From: Octopus sinensis
Taxonomy: Eukaryota
Length of the DNA: 15,043 bases
Assembly (NCBI RefSeq): GCF_006345805.1
Contig: NW_021825603.1
Location: 1-15,043, forward strand
Reading direction: 5' to 3'
The position numbers and the translations under genes are program-made. This document shows positions 1-8,725 of the stretch, piece by piece. Positions within the stretch are counted from its first letter, which is position 1. The number at the start of each line of letters is the position of its first letter. A model generated the notes under the pieces. That model did no database searches and had not been told where the DNA came from. It saw only the letters and a program-made list of their open reading frames with translations.

Positions 1-190
1 TAGCCGATATCGGAAGATGACCTTTGAAATACTATAAGATTATTACTAAGGTTATTTTATATATACTGCGGTAGTTACAAACATAGAACATCTCGTGTAG
101 ACTTGTGGTACGGCGGTGAAGGCGGTTGATTATCTACCGCTAGCGATATAAACATGAGGGCTTACACCACACACACACACAAAAACATGT

Positions 191-348
191 ATGACGGTCT
201 TCTTTCAGTTTCCGTCTACCAAACACACTCAGAAAACGTTGGTTGACTTGACACTTTTGAAGAAGACACTTGCCCAAGGTGCTACACAGCGGGACTTAAA
301 TTGGTATTATGTGGTTGGGAAGCAAATTTCTTATGATACAGCCACGCT
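191..348 (-). mobile_element. tRNA-derived SINE family A, 5' head fragment (degenerate), ending at its internal (CA)n microsatellite
   Basis: Colinear with 7072-7228 of the near-full copy (e.g. ctttcagtttccgtctaccaa, agaagacacttgcccaaggtgc, atgtggttgg, cagccac). Confidence 0.85.
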
Positions 349-495
349 AGCTTGCGCCTGTGTGTGTGTGTGTGTACGTGTGAGCATGTGTGTGTTTGTG
401 TATATACAATCATGCTATGATTGTATGTATGAAGGTTTGGTTGTACATCTTATATTTGTGTGCCAATAAGATTGTATGCACACATGTACGTATAT

Positions 496-688
496 ATGTA
501 TGTATGAAGTATGTATGTATGCATGTATGTATGTATGTATGTATGTATGTATGTATGTATGTATGCATGTATGCATGTATGTATTTATGTATGTAGGGAT
601 GTATGTATGTATTTATGTATGTATGTATGTATGTATGTATGTATGCATGCATGCATGTATGCATGCATGCATGTATGTATTTGTATGC
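496..688. repeat. Compound (TATG)n/(CATG)n tetranucleotide microsatellite, preceded by (TG)n at ~359-395
   Basis: Directly visible; explains the MYVC/HTYI ORFs. Confidence 0.95.
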
Positions 689-864
689 AAATGTGTACGT
701 AAGCATATTTTGCTGCTTGTTTATATATTCAAAATAAGTTTTACTACTTAAAAAAATAAAATTTCATTAAAATAATATTTATCAGTAAATGGCAGCGGAA
801 TTTGTTTGAATATTAGTAAATATTCTGGCATTGAATTACATATTTCTTGCCAACAATATATGAA

Positions 865-985
865 TAATAACAACAACGATGACAACAGCCACAGCAACCA
901 CAACAACAGATATCTTCCACCACCATAATCTCGACTAATAACAAAAATACACTAATCATTACCATCAATAACAACAACAACAACG
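865..985. repeat. Degenerate (AAC)-rich low-complexity tract
   Basis: Runs of aacaacaac/cagcaac. Confidence 0.75.
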
Positions 986-1227
986 ACAAAATTTAAAACT
1001 ACAGCAAAAACAAAAACGACGTTTACAAATGTTATATTAACAATCAGAAACTACAAATTAAATGTAAAGATATAAGTTCATCCATAAGAAAGCAATTCTC
1101 CCACAATAAACACCTCCAGCCGTTATCATTACCAACTCCGCTGTCGAAATCGGCATTTACTTCCTAACGTCTTAAATTAGCCAATGTCATATTCGATAAG
1201 TTAATTAAGTCCTGTAGAGTGAAAGCG

Positions 1228-1816
1228 GTGGTTTACGTTTAGGGTATTCGGTTCATGATCGCAAGGTCGTGAGTTCGATTCCATGTGGTGCATTATGTTG
1301 AAAAATTGAGTAGTACTTTTGTTTTGAATGGGCCAGCTTTGTCACGTTCTGTGTTACGCTGAATCTCTCTGAGAACTATGTTATGGGTGCGTAGTATTTT
1401 TGTTTCAAAGGGTCAGCCTTGTCACGTTCTGTGTCACGCTGAATCTCTCTGAGAACTATGTTATGGGTGCGTAGTATTTCTGCTTCAAAGGACCAGCCTT
1501 GTACCATTCTGTGTCACGTTGAATCTCTCTGAGAACTATGTTATGGGTGCGTAGTATTTCTGCTTCAAAGGGCCAGCCTTGTACCATTCTGTGTCACGCG
1601 GAATCTCACTCAGAACTATGTCATGGTTGCGTAGTATTTCTGTTTCAAAGGGCCAGCCTTGTCACATTCTGTGTCACGCTGAATCTCTCTCAGAACTATG
1701 TTATGGATGAGGTATATCTGTGGAGTCCTCAACCACATGTACGTTAATTTCACGGAAAGACTGTTCTGTTGATCGGGTCAACTGGAACCCCGTCGTCTCG
1801 TAAGCGAAAGGGAGCC
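1228..1816 (+). mobile_element. tRNA-derived SINE family C with an internally amplified body
   Basis: tRNA-like head with B box gagttcgattcc (1271-1282). The 3' part 1681-1816 is homologous to the independent fragment at 12525-12668. Confidence 0.8.
1310..1706 (+). repeat. Tandem array of five ~80-bp units inside the family C SINE
   Basis: gaatctc(t/a)ct recurs at 1361, 1441, 1521, 1601 and 1681 (exact 80-bp period); gtagta recurs at 1310, 1391, 1471, 1551 and 1631. No spacers. Confidence 0.97.
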
Positions 1817-1951
1817 TGTTTTGATTATGGATTAACATGATCATGGTTGACCTAATGATGAACGGTAATAACAGCAACAACCACAGCTATAACAGAATGT
1901 AGTACAAGAGCAAAACCTGCAATAAAAGCAGCAGAGCAATACAGATTGTAT

Positions 1952-2085
1952 TTCTGCCGTGGTGGATTCTGCCTTTCATCCTTTCGGGGTCGATAAATTA
2001 AGTACCAGTTGCATTCTGGGGTCGATCTAATTGACTGGCCCCCCCCACCTCCCGCAAAATTTCGGACCTTTTGCACTATAGATAT
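1952..2085 (+). mobile_element. SINE family B, 5'-truncated, with tail type 2
   Basis: gcctttcatcctttcggggtcgataaattaagtaccagtt core is nearly identical to 5153-5192; tail ccc..caaaatttcggacctttt matches 12925-12950. Confidence 0.9.
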
Positions 2086-2208
2086 TAATGATGTGAGAAA
2101 CAATAAGCACTATCTACAACAACAAGAACAATAACAGCGACAACAACGTAGCGACAATGGCAACGAAAACAACAAGAATAAAGTAACAACAACAACAGCA
2201 GCAGCAGT

Positions 2209-2401
2209 GGAGGCGCAATGGCCTAATGGTTAGGGCAGCGGACTCGCGGTCGTAAGAACGCGGTTTCGATTCCCAGACCGGGCATTGTGAGTGGTTATTG
2301 AGCAAAAACACCTAAGCTCCACGATGCTCAGGCGGGGGGTGGGGATGAACCCCGCTATACTCTTTCACCACAACTTTCTCTCACTCTTTCTTCCTACTTC
2401 T
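2209..2401 (+). mobile_element. tRNA-derived SINE family D, head and 5' body (tRNA-Arg-like head; possibly one of the octopus OR families)
   Basis: A box tggcctaatgg (2219-2229) and B-box-like gtttcgattcc (~2262-2272). The sequence runs on into non-tRNA body with no acceptor-stem closure. The family name is recalled and tentative. Confidence 0.8.
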
Positions 2402-2718
2402 GCCACAAAGCAAAGGAACCATGATGTAACTCACTATGGTGTATCCTCTGTACCCCAAGAGGGTTCAGCTCTCCACCCGTTAAAAGCCACTATTTACGGA
2501 ATGCGGATAACAACGTAGCTTTCGCGCCCGTGTAACCGCCAATCTATGCGTATGATGGGTGGATCTTCAAGTTGCCGTACGCTTTCTTAGTAGCTTAGAG
2601 TAGGATCGAATTAGAGATTATCCTTTGTGGCTAGTGGCGTGAGTCCTGATTGGAAGAAGAAGAAGAAGAAGAAGAAGAAGAAGAAGAAGAAGAAGAAGAA
2701 GAAGAAGAAGAAGAAGAA
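2402..2718 (+). mobile_element. Unidentified ~250-nt module plus (GAA)22 tail; probable 3' end of a non-LTR retroelement
   Basis: GC-richer unique sequence ending abruptly in a perfect (GAA)22 (2653-2718). Simple-repeat tails are typical of RTE, CR1/L2 and related LINE/SINE 3' ends. Confidence 0.5.
2653..2718. repeat. (GAA)22 perfect microsatellite
   Basis: Directly visible; source of the poly-E and poly-S ORFs. Confidence 0.98.
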
Positions 2719-2849
2719 AACAGTAGCAACATAGAAAACAAGTGTAGTAGCCTTCCATTAATATATCTAAATGTTAACAGCAGCATTGAAAGAATAGAAA
2801 ATAAATGGAAACAGAAACAGAAACACAATCGTCACAAAAAACAAAAACC

Positions 2850-3157
2850 CATCACCAAAGCCACCACCAGCAGCAACATCTTCACCACTACTATCATCAC
2901 GAACACCATCATCATCACTATCGTCACCGTCATCACTATCACCATCATCATCACCATCACCGACACCAACACCACAGTAATGTTTATGATGATGAAAAAG
3001 AAGGGGAGGACAGAAGGACGATAGTGATGACAACGACGACGACGACCACGAATAAAATAATGGTAATGATGATGATGATGATGATGATGATGGCGGTGTA
3101 CATATATATATATATATATGTGTGTGTACACACGCACACACACACAAACACACACAT
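2850..3157. repeat. Degenerate (CAT/CAC)n, (GAC)n and (GAT)n tracts, then (TA)n(TG)n(CA)n
   Basis: Directly visible; source of the His-, Asp- and Met-run ORFs. Confidence 0.9.
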
Positions 3158-3158
3158 G

Positions 3159-3320
3159 TACGACGATAGGCTTCTACAAAGTTTCACCCAATAATATTCA
3201 CTCACAAGACATTGATCAACTCGAAGTTATATTAGAAATGGTACTTGTCCAAGACACCGCTGCCGCAAAGTGGCATTGAATCCGAAATTACGCGTTTGAA
3301 AAGCGAGAGTCTTAACCATA
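3159..3320 (-). mobile_element. SINE family A head fragment, old and degenerate
   Basis: Colinear with 7070-7215 (cgacg..ggcttct, cactcacaag, tacttgtccaag, ttgaatccg, cttaacca). Abuts (CA)n at the same position as the other copies. Confidence 0.7.
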
Positions 3321-3356
3321 TTCTGGTCTTTTAAAGCGTACCTTTATTTTGTTGAA

Positions 3357-3426
3357 TCCAATTCCTGCTAAAGACATGATTACGCCGTTTATCCTACCGG
3401 GATCGATAATTTATTAAAAAAGTACT
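3357..3426 (+). mobile_element. Highly degenerate SINE family B core fragment
   Basis: aattcctgc..gccgtttatcctaccgggatcgataat..aagtac resembles aattccgcc..gcctttcatcctttcggggtcgataaattaagtac. Confidence 0.45.
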
Positions 3427-3882
3427 TGCGAAATCATTCATTCTGTAATGATTCGTTTTTAACAAACATCTCCATTATCAGTTTTGTTTTGTGCGTAATT
3501 TCAAAAATAATTAATTATAGACGCATGATTAAATATTTATTCATTTTTATCGCAGTTTAATTCCGACTGTAATTCTATTAAATTTGTATTCCACATCTTC
3601 CATCTTGAAAAACTGATTGCTCATACAGTCTAGGATACTGTTTCATTAAACATGCTCATTTATGCGCATTCTATTTCTTTTATCTTATAGTCTGATCATT
3701 TTTTTTCTTCTTATTTATTCCGTATACATATATACATATTATGTTTCTTTGATATATAGCGAGAACGAATTTCTGAAATATTTTGTTTCTTGTGACGCAA
3801 TTTTCAATATAGATGTATATGCATATGCATGTGTGTGTATATATAAAAACACTACACCCACACATGTATATATGGTGGTGTG

Positions 3883-3886
<4 letters not shown>

Positions 3887-3936
<50 letters not shown>
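3887..3936. repeat. (TA)25 within a larger TA/TG/CA low-complexity zone (~3815-4355)
   Basis: Directly visible. Confidence 0.95.
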
Positions 3937-3941
<5 letters not shown>

Positions 3942-4600
3942 AAACAAGTCAAAAATAGAAAATACGTATATATATGTATGCATTATTCATATATACATAT
4001 GTATGTGTATATGGACATATGTATATAAATATATAAATATTTACATACACGCACGCACACAAATATATATGTGTACGTATATATATACATGCATATATCT
4101 CTATCTTAGCATTTATATATATATATATATATACATGCATATATCACTATTTTCGCATTTATATATATATATATATCGCAACGAAATTTATATATATGTG
4201 TAAGAATAATGAATATACATTGATAAATGCATGTATATTTGTGTGTGTATGTATATGTGTGTGTGGGTGTGTGGGTGTATGTATATATGTGTGTGTGTGT
4301 GTGTGTATGTATATATGTGTTGTGTTGTGTGTGTGTGCGTGTGTGTGTGTGTGTGTTCGTTTGTAAGCATGCATTTCACCATCTTACAAACTTGCTGAAT
4401 ATTCACATTCCCTTATCTCATACAAACATTCACTTAAATACGAACTAAATTCTGAATTTACATGAAATCCCGTATAATCTCGTATATTCTCGTTCCTGAA
4501 AATATCGACCATATATTACATTTAACTCTTTCTGCTTTTTTCCCTTTCTTTCTATCATTTTTTAATCATTTCTTTTGCTTATGAATATACAGATCTGCTG

Positions 4601-4603
<3 letters not shown>

Positions 4604-4660
<57 letters not shown>

Positions 4661-4680
4661 GCATATATATGTACGTAGAG

Positions 4681-4734
<54 letters not shown>

Positions 4735-4760
4735 GTATGTGCATATATATATGTACGTAG
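4604..4760. repeat. Two-copy ~80-bp tandem unit: (TA)n plus acatgtatgtgcatatatat(at)gtacgtag
   Basis: The unique 28-30-mer occurs at 4651-4678 and 4731-4760, each time preceded by a (TA)n run. Confidence 0.9.
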
Positions 4761-4973
4761 GTATGTATATATATATACATACAAGAATGCTTGTGTGTGT
4801 GTGTTTTATATATTTATTCATGTATTACATATACGGTTTGATTTGTAATTCTTAGCTTTTGTGTGTGTCTCTCTAAAAGAACACTAAAATATTTTGTCGA
4901 ATCGCCGTATCATGAATGTGTCACGAAACATAGAAATCGCCATAACAGCAGCGGCAGCAAATCAAAGACATCG

Positions 4974-5034
4974 CTTTTACTTGTTTCCATCACTGCACCA
5001 CAGTCAAGCTGGGGCACCGCCTTGAAGGGTTTTA
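4974..5034 (-). mobile_element. SINE family A 3'-end fragment
   Basis: cttttacttgtttc..gctggggcaccgcctt matches the reverse complement of 9022-9075 (aaggcggtgctccagc...aagtaaaag). Confidence 0.7.
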
Positions 5035-5051
5035 ATACACTAAACTGACAA

Positions 5052-5763
5052 GGCGGCGAGCTGGCAGAAACGTTACAAACGCCGGGCGAAATGCGTAGCC
5101 GTAATTCGTCTGCCGTTACGTTCTGAGTTCAAATTCCGCCGAGATCGACTTTGCCTTTCATCCTTTCGGGGTCGATAAATCAAGTACCAGTTACGCACTG
5201 GGGTCGATATAATCGACTTAATCCTTTTGTCTGTCCTTATTTGTCCTCTCTGTATTTAGTCCCTCGTGGGTTGTCAAGAAATAGGTATTTCGTCTGCCGT
5301 TACGTTCTGAGTTCAAATTCCGCTGAGGCCGACTTTGCCTCTCATCCTTTCAGGGGTCGATAGATTAAGTACCAGTTACGTATTGGGGTCGATGTAATCC
5401 ACTTTAGCCCCTTGTGGGTTGTCAAGAAATAGGTATTTCGTCTGCCGTTACGTTCTGAGACCAAAATCCGCTGAGGCCGACTTTGCCTCTCATCCTTTCG
5501 GGGTCGATAGATTAAGTACCAGTTACGCACTGGGGTCGATATAATCGACTTAATCCGTTTGTCTGTCCTTATTTGTCCTCTCTGTGTTTAGTCCCTCGTG
5601 GGTTGTCAAGAAATAGGTATTTCGTCTGCCGTTACGTTCTGAGTTCAAATTCCGCTGAGGCCGACTTTGCCTCTCATCCTTTCAGGGGTCGATAGATTAA
5701 GTACCAGTTACGTATTGGGGTCGATGTAATCCACTTAACCCCTTTGTCTGTCCCTTCTATGTT
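5052..5763 (+). mobile_element. SINE family B tandem tetramer: one headed copy plus three head-less units, tail type 1
   Basis: Head ggcggcgagctggcagaa at 5052; B box gagttcaaattcc. Units restart at gta(a/t)ttcgtctgccg at 5101, 5285, 5433 and 5617. Confidence 0.95.
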
Positions 5764-5812
5764 GATGATGATGAAGATGATGATGATGACGAGGGTAGTG
5801 GTGATGGAGACT
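5764..5812. repeat. (GAT)n microsatellite, imperfect
   Basis: Directly visible. Confidence 0.9.
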
Positions 5813-5879
5813 TAATGAGAAGCTTTCATTAATATTGCATGATTCAAGAAATATAAGGGCTTCAAAGGAAACCACTCCT

Positions 5880-6165
5880 GTGTATATGTTTGTGTGCATG
5901 TATGCACATGTATGTATGTGTATGCATATATATATATATATGCATACATATATTTATGTATATATATATATATATATGGATATATATATTATATATATAT
6001 ATATTATATATAATATATATATACATATATATATAATATATATATAGTATATATATATGTGTGTGTGTGTGTGTGTATACGTGTACGTATAAGTGTATAT
6101 ATATAACACATGCAAACAAGACACCTACACATATAAACATATAGGCATACTTGCCTGTGTGTGTG

Positions 6166-6198
<33 letters not shown>
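5880..6198. repeat. Compound (TA)n/(TG)n low-complexity region and (CT)n at ~6168-6198
   Basis: Directly visible. Confidence 0.9.
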
Positions 6199-6202
<4 letters not shown>

Positions 6203-6653
6203 ACGTATTATGTACACTTGGCAAATTGTTTTTCAATTGCCTGATCAAAAAGGAATTTAGATGAAGACATGACTTGTCTTCAATGCAAATCATTTCCCCA
6301 CCATCTTTTGCAGCTGTATAAATGTTGCAACTGAATAAATAATTTGTTTAAAATTTCTAAATTTCAACAGGAAATTAATATTACTGAATAAGTAACTTTT
6401 GTGACGACAAAGTTTTCGAAATAGAAACAACGAATCTATTTAAATACGGATACCGGGGTATTTTATTTACAATGCAAATTAGTTAATTAAATTAATCATC
6501 ATGCAGTAATTATAAAGAGGAAGATGGCAGACTGCAGATTCGGTAAAACAAGAGACAAGGTGCCTTACGCATTTCAGCTACGTATCTAGGCTTCTGAGTT
6601 CGGTTCTTACTGGAGTATACTATCTGTAATATTATTCCTGGTCAGAAAATGTA

Positions 6654-7267
6654 CAGCAGTGACCAAAAGTTTGGAATATAGGTTTGACATTTAGAATTGT
6701 TTAATATTAAATGTCAAAAACTATATTTAATTTGTAACATAAGCATTATTACTCGGCGAAAAGTTTGGAAAATAGATCTCAAACTTTGAATTTTTATATT
6801 AAAGTTATATTTGAATCGAGTTGTACTCGGGCATAACAATTTTAACTCTTTTACTCTCTTTTACTTGTTTCAGTCATTTGACTGAGGTCATGCCTTTTAG
6901 TCGAGCAAATCGACACCAGGACTTATTCTTTGTAAGCCTAGTACTTATTCTATCGGTCTCTTTTGCCGAACCGCTAAGTTACGCAAACGTAAACACACCA
7001 GCATCGGTTGTCAAGCGATGTTGGGGGAACAAACGCAGACACACAAACATATATATATATACATATATAGGACGGGCTTCTTTCAGTTTCTGTCTACCAA
7101 ATCCACACACAAGGCATTGGTCGGCCTGAGGCTATAGTAGAAGACACTTGCCCAAGGTGCCACGCAGTGGGACTGAACCCGCAACCATGTGGTTGGTAAG
7201 CAACCTACTTACCACACAGCCACTCCTACTCCTTTTTTAAAATGTTCCAAACTTTTGGCCACGACTG
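6654..7267. mobile_element. Non-autonomous Tc1/mariner-type MITE (~220 bp without the inserted SINE)
   Basis: 23-bp TIRs: cagcagtgaccaaaagtttggaa (6654-6676) versus the reverse complement of 7245-7267, cagtcgtggccaaaagtttggaa (20/23). Flanked by TA at 6652-6653 and 7268-7269. Confidence 0.85.
6846..7234 (-). mobile_element. SINE family A, near full length (possibly the octopus OK-type family)
   Basis: On the minus strand: A-box-like tggctgtgtggt, B box ggttcagtcc (7170-7179), central (TA)/(TG) microsatellite and a (gtaaaaga)-type tail. Candidate TSD ttttaa at 6840-6845 and 7235-7240. An 11-nt deletion (tggagcaccgc) relative to 9027-9037. Confidence 0.92.
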
Positions 7268-7360
7268 TAAGTATCGGTGAAGTAATGGATTTTCGTCGAT
7301 TATTTTCCTCTCGAGAGAATTGAAGCCTGGTCTCTCTCCCCTTCTCTCTCTTTCCTTTAT

Positions 7361-7550
7361 CTTCTATTTATTTCAATCATTGGACTTCGGTCAAACTGGG
7401 AAAGTGCCTTGAAGAGTTTAGTCGAACAAATCGACTCTAATGTGTGTCTTTTTCTTTTAAGTCTGACAATCTTTCAGCTCTTTTGCCGAATCTCTACATT
7501 ACGCAAAGTTAAACAAGCTAACGCCGGTTGTCATGTGGTAGGAAGGTGGA

Positions 7551-7584
<34 letters not shown>

Positions 7585-7617
7585 CCTGCCTACATACCAA
7601 CCTGCCTACCTACATAG

Positions 7618-7655
<38 letters not shown>

Positions 7656-7727
7656 ATGCAACATGTACACAGGGATTCCACAAAATTTCCATCAATCAAA
7701 TCCGCTCATAAGGCTATAAGTTTACGA
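7361..7727 (-). mobile_element. SINE family A, old copy lacking the tRNA head, with an expanded internal (CA)n/(CCTA)n tract (~7553-7655)
   Basis: tttagtcgaacaaatcgac, ctcttttgccgaa, ccggttgtca, ggacaaacac and caaatccgctcataaggct are colinear with 6860-7135. Confidence 0.75.
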
Positions 7728-7890
7728 GTGTAGTGTGCGTGTGTGTTGTGTGTATTCGCCGACTTTCACAGAGTTGGAGTTTTTAGACTCAAGTCTAGCT
7801 TCATAGTCAGAGCAGCTGAGTCTCCTTTCTTTTTCAGTTGATGGAGCATGGAAAAATGAAAGAAGTTGATTGACTTAAATGGCTCGCTCA

Positions 7891-8273
7891 TCTCTCTCAA
7901 TATAAACGGCAGTTTGTCTGTGTGCGTGTCTGTGTGTCTGTTAGGTTGTACCCTCACCCTGATCACGGCTTTCAACCGATTCTGATGAAACTTGACACAC
8001 ATATAGCCCAATGTCATAATTCAAAACTAACGCAGCGAAAATTTTGAAAAGTTCCCCCAGTTCTGAAAAAAATTGATAAATTCGACATGGGGTCGAGAAT
8101 CAGAAACACAAACCACAGACTGTCTAGGGGACGCAACTCGACCTTTTTAACTCCCAAAAAAATTTACCATCATTTTTTCCCCATTTTTTTGCTATTTTTT
8201 GGCTATAACTCTCTAAAAATGCTTTATAGTTATTTCCCTTACAAACCCGAGCAACGCCGGGCGATACTGCTAG
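7891..8273 (+). mobile_element. Non-autonomous Helitron (DINE/HINE-like), copy 1
   Basis: A|TC 5' end (7890|7891), then tataaa and a gtctgt microsatellite. Subterminal hairpin cccgagcaacgccggg (8246-8261). CTAG|T 3' end (8270-8273|8274). Inserted in AT with no TSD. Confidence 0.88.
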
Positions 8274-8374
8274 TAGAAAATAAGTGAAAGCATTTTGACT
8301 GACAACGATTCAACAATTCTGCCGCTCTATTGCTCCTTCCAACAAAAGTCACATTTGATAATAATTTCTTTCGT

Positions 8375-8495
8375 ATGGACAAATCCAGAAATTTTTGGAA
8401 ACAGACCAAAGTATTTAACTGGTTCTTTATTTTATCGACCTTCAAAAATGCATTGCAGTTGATCGGCGCAATTTTTTCGAAAAACTGCGAAATAG
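8375..8495 (-). mobile_element. Degenerate SINE family B fragment (tail type 2)
   Basis: Reverse complement reads aaattgcgccga..cat..gaaggtcgataaaataaagaaccagtt..ccaaaaatttctgg, matching the family B core and tail 2. Confidence 0.55.
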
Positions 8496-8600
8496 TGTAT
8501 GTGAATAAAGATATTTTACTGTTTCTTTCGTTCTTCTCTCTCTCTCTTTCTTTCATTTCTCTTTCCTCAGAATCTGACATTTATCTGTCTTTGATATAAA

Positions 8601-8640
8601 TACAGAAAAGACAGAAATGCAGAAAAGACAGAAAAGACAG
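8601..8640. repeat. Short imperfect tandem (cagaaaaga) x4
   Basis: acagaaaag acagaaatg cagaaaag acagaaaag acag. Confidence 0.7.
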
Positions 8641-8725
8641 TCACAGACTTGGAAATTCTGATGAGTCTGGTTGAGTTATTTAATAAAAAAGACGAGATTA
8701 TTTCAACGTGCCGACACAAACACTA

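Larger units (their letters stand above)
6523..7331 (+). mobile_element. Old SINE family B copy split by the Tc1 MITE (parts 6523-6653 and 7268-7331)
   Basis: Left part has a degenerate head and ttctgagttc. Joining across the TA gives ggtcagaaaatgTAagtatcggtgaagtaatgg versus family B ggtcgataaattaagtaccagtt..ctgg, and continues into a tail-2-like gaatt..gcct. Confidence 0.55.

Noticed and set aside
4-140. Palindrome ccgatatcgg (4-13) and 9/10 inverted repeat gcggtagtta/tatctaccgc (68-77, 131-140)
   Set aside because: Short enough to be chance; context is cut by the window edge; no TSD or family match.
1310-1706. CRISPR-like regular repeats (also 5101-5763)
   Set aside because: Units are contiguous with no unique spacers, are SINE-derived, have no cas genes nearby, and the context is eukaryotic.
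2209-2285. Genuine tRNA gene (also heads at 1228-1290, 5052-5135, 7160-7228)
   Set aside because: A and B boxes are present but the cloverleaf arms do not close, and each head runs into a repeated SINE body.
2650-3205. Poly-Glu, His-rich and Asp-rich ORFs
   Set aside because: Translations of (GAA)n, (CAT)n and (GAT)n repeats on both strands; no domain content.
8239-8599. ORFs of 113 aa (-) and 89 aa (+)
   Set aside because: They overlap a Helitron end, a decayed SINE B and a CT tract.
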